Shown here: piece after piece, positions 1 to 11,182 of the stretch
How the letters are laid out: each line of letters begins with the position of its first letter
How positions within the stretch are numbered: position 1 is the first letter of the stretch
Origin: Callorhinchus milii
Lineage: Eukaryota
Reading direction: 5' to 3'
DNA: 64,000 bases
Assembly (NCBI RefSeq): GCF_018977255.1
Contig: NW_024704742.1
Location: 49,292,001 to 49,356,000, forward strand
The notes under the pieces: model-generated
Told to the model about the DNA's origin: nothing
What the model saw: only the letters and a program-made list of their open reading frames with translations
The model's database searches: none
Translations under genes and position numbers: made by a program

Positions 1-339
1 AAAACAAGATAGGAGAGGAGAATTTAAGAGAATCATTGGCAATAGAAAAGCTATCTATATTTGCAGGCACACTATTGTTCTTTCTGCCAGGCTGAACAGA
101 GGCAAATATTTATTTGTCCATCAGTGCCTTCAGTCTTTAACTCTCCAGATTTACAAATGCTTTGCAGTTTCTTACAAAAAATGAAAATTGTTGGATATAT
201 TTTTGAAATATTATCAAATGTATTGACCTATGTGTACACCTGGCAATGAAATATCCTATGTAGACTTTGAAAGAAAAGCACGTATTTGATGTTTTCTAAA
301 TGTCTTTTCAAAACAAGTACTCTTTAATTGAAAATTAGC

Positions 340-680
340 AGGGGCAGCCCCTATAGTACAGCTGATTAAGCTGCAGTTTAGTCGCTGGTTTGAATCCCGG
401 TCTGGGCTGAGTTTGCTGGTCTCAATCAGGGCTGATGGGAAGACTAAATTGATCCCAGCCTTCCCAGGGTAAAGGAAGGGAAAACCATCAGAGTTCCTGC
501 TCCTGATCCTTCTGCAGGTTGTGCACATGTGACAACCAGTTAGGTAGAGCTGCAAGATCCTCTATGGTTGAGTGGCCTGCCCACATTCATTGCCAAGGCT
601 CACCCATGAACAATGTCCATGTGTGCAGCATAGTAGAGGGCAACCAGCACACATGGAAACACACCCCAGCAAGAACGGAC
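340..680 (+). mobile_element. Third, older SINE family (related copies near 1420-1640, 8720-9030, 30230-30570 minus, and split at 54440-54570/54995-55160)
   Basis: Shared blocks GGTTTGAATCCCGGTCTGGGCTGAGTT, GTTCCTGCTCCTGATC and AAGGCTCAC..ATGAA.AATG recur at several loci. Confidence 0.65.
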
Positions 681-1109
681 CAGATTAGGAGCAGAGGCAC
701 GTACTCAAGAAAATTAGACAAATAATTGGATCTACCAAATAGGCAAAACAAATTAAGAGAATGCTCAGAACGATAAAACTGTAGAACACTTTTTCTGGAA
801 TACTTGTATGAAAGGACAAAAGGAAGATAATTCTGCACTAGCCTCAAAGTCTTATCCTTGCTGCTGAGATCTGATATTTTTGTACCTGAAGTTGTAACCT
901 GCAAATCTAGTATGGTTCAAGCTCCAGTGTCAATCTTCATTCATGGCACTATTATGTTCCAATGCAGAACTTGAACCCATTGAGATATTATACCATCAAT
1001 ATCAGTGGAGGATTTTGATGTCTTGCAAATCTAATTTTACTGAAATAAATTGCAAAAGTTTCTTTTAGTGAAAATCATTAGCATTACAGTATCAACAGCA
1101 TGCCCTTAC

Positions 1110-1155
1110 CTTGTGCTTTTCTCTTGTTTACTGTATTATCAGCGCTGTGCCTTTT
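1110..1155 (-). CDS. ATP8A1: ATP8A1 coding exon 5 (KRHSADNTVNKRKAQ)
   Basis: Acceptor tttttgcag|AAA, donor AAG|gtaagg, 46 nt. Matches ATP8A1 KRHKADNAVNKKQTQ. The next exon was not found in the window. Confidence 0.95.
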
Positions 1156-1989
1156 CTGCAAAAAGCAAACAAACTTGATTAGATCAGGTTTGTGGACAGG
1201 ACGATAGCACTGGATTGCGGCTGATTTCATGTAAGAGTTGCCACTTTCTATGAATTAAGCCAGCAGACCCAATAGAAAAGCAAAACAGCTGTGTGGGTGG
1301 AAACGCAAAAGTTAATTACATGAAAGTGTTTTAAGAAAGTACAAGCTAACCCGGTGACCCAGCAGGAACAGCGATCACCTGGGTACAATAATGAAGGGTC
1401 CCAAAGATACGAACCACAGTTGCGATGAATTAGCTCAAGCCAAGCAGTTGGAGCAGCGTAAGTTCGTTTTGTATCTAATAGGTTTGGGGATGGTGGGGAG
1501 GGAACGGAAAGGAAAAAAAATAGTCAAGGTTCCTGCTCCTGATCTCACACATTGGGCTCTTCTCTTCTAACAGCACGACAAGTCGACTGCCCCATTTGTC
1601 CTCACAGCTGATCTACAGACAAACTACCAGTGGACTGTAAATAAGTGGTGATGCTTAAACTAATACAAATACGCACCCTCTTTTAAGTAATCACAATACA
1701 TTCAGATTATGGTACTGTGAGCAAAAGATGAGCTTTGTAAAGTGGAGAATGAGCACAAAATACATACTTTTATTAAAGATGAAATCATATCAAGTATCAT
1801 TTAAATGTGATTGCACAACAGCAGAAACAGCATCAACTAACAAATGGTAAACATTAACTTAGTAACAGTAACTGCTGACACCCTCAAAAGACAAGCTAGC
1901 TCAGTTCTTGATCAAATTACTGTAAATGACAAGGTAGGTGCAATGTGGGAAGAGGCATGTTATTTCTATGGTGTTAATAGCATGGGGGA

Positions 1990-2310
1990 GCGAGGGATGT
2001 TGCATTGTTGGGGTGCCGTTGATCGGATGAGACTTTAAACTGATGTCTTGTCAGCCTGTTCAGGTGGACAATAAAGATCCTACGGGCACTATTCGAATAG
2101 AGAAGGGATTTTTCCCGGTGTCCTGGCCAAGAATCTCCCAAATAAAATTGGTCATTTGTTTTATAGCTGTTTGTGGGATTGCTGTGTGCAATTGTCTGCC
2201 ATGTTCACCTACAAATGCACAGTCCATTTCACAGTAAATCCTGTGAAGCGCTTTGAGTCATCCTTCCGAAGTTATAAGGCGCTATACGAAATGCAAGGAT
2301 TATTATATTA
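1990..2310 (+). mobile_element. Deu-domain SINE, 5'-truncated
   Basis: GGTGCCGTTGATCGGATGAGACTTTAAAC...CAGGTGGAC...CCCGGTGTCCTGGCCAA plus tail. Confidence 0.75.
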
Positions 2311-4764
2311 CAACAACAAAATTGCATTTATAGAACGTCTTTCACGCCGGGAGGACGTCCCAAGGCGTATTCAAAATGGAAGAAAAAAGTGTGAGGGAAA
2401 AAAAAGGGTACATTACCCAATGGAGATACTTATATTTCAGGCCTCCTCCCATTCTAGTTCAGTTTATAACATCTCTCTGATAATGAAAGCTATAGCTGCA
2501 AATAGAGAGACTTCTACAGTAACTGAGTCAGGGTCAGAAAGGAGAAGCCAAGTTGTGTCGTTCGGAGTACTTCTCACAAAGGAGAAGACGTGAACCAACG
2601 GTCAATATCTGGACTGTCAGGTCGATGCTGACATCACTTCTTGCTCACACACGTGTGCTGTGCGCAGGAAGTACCACTGGCTTTACAACAACAACTTGCA
2701 TTTATATAGTGCCCTTCACGCAGCGTAGTATCTTGGAGCTCTTTACGCAAGAAATGACAGGAGAGGTCTCCTGCACACAGTGCACAACAAGCGATCACAG
2801 CAGTAACCTGACGACCTAGAAGTTGGACACGTTTCAGCCTGGGAAGCTGGCGTGTCAGAGTGGGTGCACTGGAAACAATTACAGATGGCACAGATAGCAA
2901 CAGGACCTGCACTATAAACAAGGCAGCACATATATAATCAAGATCACTAGAATTGGGTTCCCTTGTATAAGTCTTAATTAGCTTTGCAAATTAGTTGCGA
3001 GTTCTAATCTTCAGTAACTGTACATCCTTTCAAAATGAAGTGACCAAATTGGTAACTCTAGCACACAATTGTTCGATGGTTGGACCCCAGGACTATACTG
3101 TGGTCGGAGTTATTTTTTTTAAAAAAAACAATGGTCAAAACAATCTGCCACACGTTATCCAAATAGGGTTTCCAAGAGAACTTCGAGGCTGTGCAACTTG
3201 GGTTGTTTATTTTCACAGCAGGTCTTTTCTTGCTGCTGTACAAGTGTTCAACGTTTTTGTAAGCAGCTTGAAACCATCACACCGGCACAAAGTTCAAATA
3301 CGTTGGATGATTCTGTGATCCCCTATTAATAAAAATCCTTACATCTGATATTACACCATCATGTCGGAGAAGGTAGGAAAGCTCTTCACAGGATATACTG
3401 CAAAGTATAGCAACTGTGTGTTTTGTTGGCAAATGTATTCAATGTTCAGGTGCACTATGGGCACAAAATTCTCTTTCTGTGTCAAGCTGCTCATGGAGTG
3501 GGGGAGAACACCACCGGGTTGCAAGCTTTCACTGTTGTGGTTGGGGTACTTTCATTTTTGTTCAATGGTGTGAGGCATTCAATGCCTTCAGATATATTTT
3601 ACGTGTCATTTTCATGAGCTGGTATGTCAGGGAGTAAATAGCTTGATGAAGATTGCAAAAGATGAAAGGCTCTTACCCTTCTCATTTATGCAGTAGTGTA
3701 AAATATATTTTTTATGATTTAGGTGTAGATGTTAGACGATTGCACTTGCAAAGTGGACTGGAATTATACCCTGCATTAACATTCAGCTCTCACACAATTG
3801 GATTCAATAACTCACCTAAGCCACTACACTCTGTGCTCAATTTAAACAAAACCATTTATATTCCACAAAGTTATATAAAAACAAATGGGTCTTAAAGCTG
3901 ATAAGAGATCCATTTTTTGAAAGGGGATTGATAATAACTCCTTTTAAGATTCAATTAGCTAAATTGATGATGGAATTTGACAATTTTCCGTCCCAATTTT
4001 GTGCTTCAATTTAATGTCTGAATAATAATTTCATGACACGAACAAATAAAGCTGTACACCTGTATAGCAGCAGCAAATGAGAATGCTGTGCAAGATAAAG
4101 TTGTTGATTATACACATAAACTACACAATGTAGGGGGTTTCCAGCACACAACACTGACTTAACACAATTGTAGACAATTCTGTGACTTTTTTAAAAAAAG
4201 TTGCAATAGTAACCCTTGCATTTGACCTTTTCACACAGTCTAAGGCCTCAAAGCACTTCACAGTAAAGTGGTGCAACTGTATTTTGAGGGTAAATGCTGC
4301 AGCAAATTGGTGCAGAGCAGTGTCCCACAAACAGCAAGATTGTACTCAATCTTGTGTAAGATAATATTTCATCAAAGCAGTTGTGATATTACACGACAAG
4401 GTTATCAGAACAATCATCTTGCCCATAACTGTAAAACTTTTTACAGTAATAACTGTAAAACTTTTTACAGTAAGTGCTTTCATTACATGGTGCAGGGGAA
4501 CCTATTATAACACTCTTCGATTTAGTGCTGCATCTCTTAATGTGCGGTTCCCCTATGGATCCATGTTAATCAGAAGAGTGGTGCACCTGGCTCGCAGCAT
4601 TGACCATCCAGCTTCCTGTGCTAACAAAATGCTGATTCTGGGTTGTGGAGTTGCACCAACGTCACTTTTTGTGCATGTGACACTCCAGAGCTGGGGGAGC
4701 GCTGAATTGCCAGAACTATTGTTGTCAGAGGTATCCTCACCCTTGTCTTCAAATCCCTCCACTC

Positions 4765-5090
4765 CTCTGCAACCCCCCTATCTCTCTGATCTCCTCTCTC
4801 CTCACAACAGTGCCCATTGCCTTCGCTCCACCCGGTCTGGCCTCCTCCTTGTCCCAAGTCCTCTGCTGCACCATCAGAGGCCGTGCCTTCAGCCACTACG
4901 CCCCGAGGATCTGGAACTCCTTTCCTCACTCCCTTCACCTCGCCTCCTCTCTTCCTATTTTCAGGTCTCGGCTGAAGACCTTTCTTTTCGACCGCACCTT
5001 TGGTCACCTTCCTCCCCCTCGCTCGGCCCTGGAATCCGTTATTGTGAAGCGCTCTGAGATGCCGTCCGGCGTGGAGAGCACTATATAAAT
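4765..5090 (+). mobile_element. L2-clade LINE 3' fragment
   Basis: Peptides PPYLSDLL and GRAFSHYAPRIWNSFP..FRSRLKTFLF, then the 3' tail. Confidence 0.85.
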
Positions 5091-5422
5091 CCACGTAAAA
5101 TCCTGTGTAGTGGCTTTACAGTGCTAGTTCAACATGACAAATTTTGGTGGTAGTTTTAAGCAATTTTTTTCCAATATTCCCAACATAAAAGTCTAACTCA
5201 TGCTTCTTGTACACTTCAAGTTTGCAGGTAAAGTGTAAAGAAAAGGTGGCTAGATTTCCCAATTACCAAATTTGAAAGAACAGTTTCTAAAGTCAGATTT
5301 CCCATCGTCTCCACTCAACAGCAGATCCCACACCACAATGAAAAGGCTCACATTGTTGCAATCTGATCAAATAACATCCACAATGATTGCTTTGGAAACT
5401 CCTTTAACTGTTGACTACTTAC

Positions 5423-5521
5423 AATGTCTTCTACGATTTCTTTTATTCCAGCCACAAAAAGAATTAACAACAGTGGAACCAAAGTAGTGTAACGCCCAGT
5501 TGGGGAAACATCAGGGATTTG
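5423..5521 (-). CDS. ATP8A1: ATP8A1 coding exon 4 ([33 protein letters not shown])
   Basis: Acceptor ttctttcctttag|CAA, donor ATT|gtaagt, 99 nt. Completes the QQ motif across the exon 3/4 junction, typical of PS flippases, and encodes TM2. Confidence 0.98.
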
Positions 5522-6369
5522 CTAAAGGAAAGAAGAAAGATGCATTATAATATTATACAGCAAATGCCTTATAGATGCTGCAAAACATAGGGCCTTTTAT
5601 TACATTTAATCCATTAACATTTGGCTTAGCTGAAATGTTAATTGGGCTCCTCAAAATCATTATCAGGGCCCTCTTTATTTCCTCTTGCATTTCCCTTGAC
5701 TACTCTAGGATATAACCAGCTAGGACAGATCTGGCCTAGCCCTGTTTCCTGACAGATATAACGCTTATTAGTACAAAATGCTTTAGGAGGATCAAAAAAA
5801 TCTCAAAAGTTTTAAACCGTATTTATACAATACAAAATTGCATTTGTATACGGTCTTTCACTTCAGGAGGACATATAAAAGGACTATATAGTGTACAAGA
5901 AAAAATAGGAAAGGTATCTGGCAACTAAGATTCAAAGTTAAGATGAAAGAAAGGTTAAGAAGCCTGAAAGTTTGGGTTTCTGCAGTTTCCCTGGGTGGTG
6001 CACAAATCATAATAGCTCATTTACCGGAGGAAATCTGACAGATTAGAAAAGATCAGGAGATCGTAAATGTCTTAAACAGATTTTCGCAGATGCTTTCACA
6101 AATTCCAGATGTTCTGAATGGATTATCTCAGCATCTTTAAATGAAGTGTACATCATTACAGTGTTTGTTATGAAGAACTGCAAGATGTAGAGGATGAAAT
6201 TCCTCTCCTCTTTGCTGTTTAAGTGCAGCAACACTGAAAATGTGCACCTATAAATGGGATCGCATCTGCAAGGTAACCGGGCGAGACAGAATACAATCTA
6301 GAATTATGAAGGAAGTCATAAGAAATGCATGAGAATCTGATTTACTATATTTAGAAGTTCAGGGGTCAG

Positions 6370-6600
6370 CATGATGCTCAGTTGGTAACATTTTCGCCTC
6401 AGAAGACTGAGTTCTAGACTTGAACTCGTAGTCTGGGCTGATTCTCCCAATCAGGGCTGGTGTACTGTCAGAGGCACTGTTTTTCAGATGAGACTCAGTT
6501 CGAGTCTGCTTATCCTCAGGTGGATGTCAATGATCCCAAGTCACTATTCAAAACGATTATAGAGGGTTCACCTAACCCCATATAGGCCTTCACTCAATCA
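6370..6600 (+). mobile_element. Deu-domain SINE fragment
   Basis: Degenerate head and core (CAGATGAGAC...CAGGTGGATGTCAATGATCCC). Confidence 0.65.
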
Positions 6601-6980
6601 GACTAAAGCTAACAAGGTTATTATGTGGCACTTTAACACATTTGCCAAAAAAGGTCACGCTATACGTGACTAACTATAAGCACTATACAAATACAACTTC
6701 ATCTTCCATAAACACTGGAGTTATGCTTGAAACCTAAAGGACAATAAATGTTATCCAATTATTTCAAAAGTCAGTAATTGTAGTGGAGGAAATTGCATGA
6801 ATGAGTCATAAGAGCAACTTGCATTTATATAGCGCCCTTCAAGCTACATGAATGCAATGTGTCATATACAGGAGGCTATTCCTGTTCTTGAGATTATAAT
6901 AGTAATATGTTGTGCTTCACAAATTCATAGCAAATTAGCTAGTTGGTTGAAAACTGTCTTGGTATTNAAAACAAACATTT

Positions 6981-7206
6981 GGAGTCCTGTAGCTCAGTGG
7001 TTGGAGCACTCGTCTCTCAAGAGAGTGACCTGAGTTTCATTCCCGGCAGGGCGAAACCTTGGGCAAGTTTCCTTACTCAGCAAATGGCTGCCGCATTTCG
7101 CCCACAAATACAGTCAATTCACTTAACAGTATATTCTGTGAAGCGCTTTGAGACATCTAGAAGACGTGAAAAGCACTATATCAAATACAAGGATTATTAT
7201 TATTAT
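6981..7206 (+). mobile_element. tRNA-derived SINE with L2-type tail (internally deleted copy)
   Basis: Head GGAGTCCTGTAGCTCAGTGG (A box) and a degenerate B box; tail TGTGAAGCGCTTTGAGAC...AAGGATTATTATT. Confidence 0.9.
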
Positions 7207-7610
7207 ATAATCACGACTACACTGACTCAGCACCAGGCCTGCACCTCCATTGTCTATCCACTCAAAGCTCAGACAGCCTGAAATGTGTTGAACATTTTGA
7301 ATAGACTATTTTCTAAAAAAACACATATGCCAAACCTCAAATGAAATAAAATGCCTCATCACGCTCAAGTAAATAAGTGGAACGGATCTCTAACAAGGCC
7401 ACACAGATTCTTCTCTCGAAAATGGAGATGAAGTCATGGAGATGAAGATGAGGTCATTGTTATTGGAGAGATGTGTATTGAACTCCTTTGTTTGCAGTCA
7501 GGTTCAAGAGGGAGTTATCAGCTATTCTATTCTAAGGAATTTTTCAGAAATATCTAAAAGGGAAAAGTTAAAAAATCATATTTCTTGTACATATTATTTA
7601 ATAAGCTTAC

Positions 7611-7710
7611 CTGGAGGAGAGCTATGAAAAGAAAAAATGAGTTTGCTGCTCTTCTAAACTGTGAATACAGGAACCTCGGCAGAAATGTAACAACATTGTA
7701 TTTTGCAGTG
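7611..7710 (-). CDS. ATP8A1: ATP8A1 coding exon 3 ([34 protein letters not shown])
   Basis: Acceptor tttccctag|C, donor CAG|gtaagc, 100 nt. Encodes the P4-ATPase N-terminal motif and TM1. Confidence 0.98.
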
Positions 7711-9323
7711 CTAGGGAAACAAAGGAGAGAAAAACATTCAGACCCAGACTTTAGATCAAGAATATATTTGAATCAGAATTTCTGTTTTGTAGTGTATGTG
7801 CTTTGGAGCACATTAACATAACAAGTCTAATCTGATCATAATGAGCCTATCCTGCAAAACTGCACATTCAACTAAAAACAAGAGCCAGTTGACACAAATG
7901 AATCCATGTGTGTTTCAACAACTAAAAACAGGAACAAGATTGCACAAGCAAATGGCATCTGTATACAGGAATACTGCTCAGTTAGAGAAGTACCGAAGAG
8001 AGCCCCCAGCCCCCATTTCACTCTACTGACAAAACAGCTATGTTGCAACTCCTTCAAGGCCCACAGTCCGCCTGCAATGTCAGAACACAATATAGCGACA
8101 TACACATTCCTGTTAATATCTCAGTGTGGGGGTCATTGCACACCCACATCCTATTATTCCCAGTTCGAATCCCTCCACAGTCTCGCCCCACCCTATCTCT
8201 GCAACCTCCTTCAACGACACCAAACCGATTGCTCCTTTAGCTCAGAATTCTGGCCTGCTTTTTATCCCCCATCATTGGGCAGGCTTTCAGCCATTCTGCA
8301 CCGGGTCTACGGAATTTCATCCCAGAGTCCTTCCCCTCATTCAAAGAACATCTCAACTCATACCTCTTTTGAATTTTCAGTCATCTTTCTCCTCACCCAC
8401 CTCCCTTGGCTCCCACCCTCTGTTCGGATGCCCAGCCAGCAGTGTTGGCTTTCAGACATCCCCCTGCCATGCAAGGTGTACACTGCATTGCATTATCAAC
8501 AAATTCAAGCTCTAACAACCTGTTCCACAAGATCTGAATTGTTCATTGTGTTTGGCAGCCATTGCAACTGGCCAACCAGTGTGAAGTGAGGGGACTGGAA
8601 GGTGCACATACAGACCGATGCACATTGTACGGATTTTGTTTGGATGGACACAGTTTTAAACCGTTTTAATCTCATCGACCCGTCAGTACATTTCCACTCT
8701 AAATGGAGTCAATTGTTCTGAGTCAATGTGCGGTCTCAAGATAAGATGCTGATCTCGGCTGGAGTGCAAGGCAAGCCGCAGGAAGGACGGACCTGACCCA
8801 CAGCACTGGGGGTGTGGGTGGGGAGGAGGGGTAAGAGAGGAGAGAAACAAAAGGCTAGACAATTCCTCGCCATGGCTCTACAACCAGGCTATTGAGAACA
8901 GACGTTAGGAATGTCAGGGTCGAATTCCTGCCTACCTGTCTGCCCACTCCTACAAAATCTTTGATGAGTTAACAAACCTATGTTCCATCAGTCAACTGAC
9001 CAGGAGGCAGAGAGAGAATCGTAACCGGCAATCAATTCACAAAATGTGCTGCACTATTTGAGTTTTTATTGAACTAATCCATCTTCAAGGTGTGGATACT
9101 GCCTTTCTGGTCACAGAGCAAGTAAATGTCTTTGATAAATGGGTTACAACTTGAGGAGCAACATTGAAGGTAGAAATCCTTACAAAGATGGGACACAAAA
9201 TATAGAGTGCTGTATTATACATGAACACCCTGGATTACGCTGAAACAGATCAGTTGATGCTATGACCCGAACGAAGCAACCAACAATTAAATTTCACTGA
9301 AAGAAGATTGGAAATATTCGTAC

Positions 9324-9438
9324 CTGACACGATTATTACAAAATTTTGTTTCCGGAGGTTGGTTAATAAATATTGTTCTCATATCCTCTTGATCAGCCAA
9401 TGAAGTTTTTTCTGAAGCGTCCTCAGTCTTCTCATATC
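9324..9438 (-). CDS. ATP8A1: ATP8A1 coding exon 2 (GYEKTEDASEKTSLADQEDMRTIFINQPPETKFCNNRVS)
   Basis: Acceptor ttgttttaag|GA, donor CAG|gtacga, 115 nt. Closely matches ATP8A1 GYEKTDDVSEKTSLADQEEVRTIFINQPQLTKFCNNHVS, which distinguishes it from ATP8A2. Confidence 0.97.
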
Positions 9439-9737
9439 CTTAAAACAAATGCAGATGTAAACAAATTACAACATAAAAAATTACAACAATTACAATTTGC
9501 ATTTATATAGTACCCTTCATGCAAGATAACATCTCAGAGCACAATAAACAATAATGCCCTGTGAAGATTGTAGAACATGTTGAGCAAAGCTACAATCCTT
9601 TTAATGATCATTGATGTTTTACAAGACTCTTCCCCATCCAACTTCTTTAATGGAGACACAACACACAAACAAAAGCTCTTAGTTTGGTGCACAAAGCTCA
9701 GTTCTGTTAAATATAGATGTTAAAATTAATTAGAGGC

Positions 9738-10615
9738 AGAGATGCCAAATGCCCAACCACCAATGGTGGGGCGGGAAGTGCGGGAGAACTGAAGCAGGCC
9801 TGTGTCCGCCAAGCAGAGGGAGCGGACAGGCTGATATGATATGGGGTTAGGAGGTCGGAAAGGTAGGGGGGAAACAACACTGTGGAGGGCTTTGAAGGTG
9901 AGAACGAGGGTTTTGAACTCCATTCTCTGAGGGATGGGGAGCCAGTGAAGCTGGGCAAGAATGGGGGTGATAGGTTCACGTGTGAGACATGAGTTGCAGA
10001 GTTTTAAATAATCTGCAGCTTGTGGATGGAAGAGTTGGGAAGTCGAGCGAGTAGGCAGTTGGCGTAGTCAAGCCGGAACGTAATGAATGAGTGGATCAGT
10101 GTCTTGGGGGCCTGTGTGAGTCACAGTGGCGGAGGTGGGCATTGTTGCGAAGGTGGGGAAAGGCGGAGCAGGTCACAGCATGAATGTGGGGTTTGAAGGA
10201 TAACTGGGGGTTGAAAAGCACACCGAGGTTTCGTTGTTATTGTTGTATTGGCTCGGTGAGGTGAAGAGTCCAGCCATGAATGGTGATAGTCAGCGGCTGA
10301 GGCGAGGAGGCGCTGCCAGGATCCAAGCAGGAGGGCCTCTGTCTTGCCAACATTGAGCTGGAGGAAGTTTGCTCTCGTCCAGGACTTGACGTTAGACAGA
10401 CAATTTGCCATGACATCAACGGTCCTGGAGTCGAGGGTGGAGGTGGCAAGATACAGTTGGGTGTCATTCGCATACATGTGGAAATTGACCACATGCCTGC
10501 GGATGACATCAACGAGCAGGAACACGTATAGATTGAGGAGAAGGGGACCGAGGACAGAGCCCTGAGGGACGCCACATGCAACAATGCAGGAGTTAGAGGA
10601 GAAGCTGTTGCCAGA
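9738..10615 (-). mobile_element. L2-clade LINE RT fragment (decayed)
   Basis: CGVPQGSVLGPLLLNLY...NFHMYANDTQLY...NFLQLNVGKTEALLLG, with frameshifts. Confidence 0.92.
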
Positions 10616-10987
10616 CAACAAATTACATTTGTATAGTGCTTTTCAAGTCGGGAGGATCATCATAATATTTTACAATAAATTCTGTGAAGCACTTCGAGAT
10701 ATCCTCCTGACATGAAAAGTTCTACCTCAAATGCAAGAATTGTTATTATTGTTATTATTACCCCAGAGTCAGTAAACGGAGGAGAAGAAAATGGAAAATT
10801 GGATAAGGGGATTAAATTGTTATAATTTAAAGAGCTAAGAAGTAAAACGTTTTGAAGCAGATATCTGGCTGGCAATATGAAATGAAGAGGGAGCAATTTT
10901 CATACAGATATTCTCATTTAGTTCAAATTGGTTTAATAATGTCAAAACTTACTACAACAGCAGGCTGAATATTCAGGGTAATGCAGT

Positions 10988-11182
10988 TTAATAATAATAC
11001 TAATAATATTCCTTGTATTTGATAAAGCACCTTATCACATCGTTGAGACATCTCAAAGCGCTTCACAGAATATACTGTAAAGTGAATTGACTGTGAATTT
11101 TGTGGGCGAAACCCAGCAGCCAATTGTACAGCAGTGTCCCACAAGAAGTCGTGGATTGAGTGACCAAATAATTTTTTTTGTG
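10988..11182 (-). mobile_element. tRNA-SINE, 5'-truncated
   Basis: Reverse complement of the SINE body and (TTA)n tail. Confidence 0.85.

Noticed and set aside
3361..3573. Plus-strand ORF containing TAKY, resembling ATP8A exon 3
   Set aside because: Chance tetrapeptide on the wrong strand; the true exon is at 7611-7710.
4383..5094. 224-aa and 157-aa ORFs (similarly 7906-8589, 16857-17471, 28257-28745, 45232-45747)
   Set aside because: They are off-frame or antisense translations of decayed L2 fragments.
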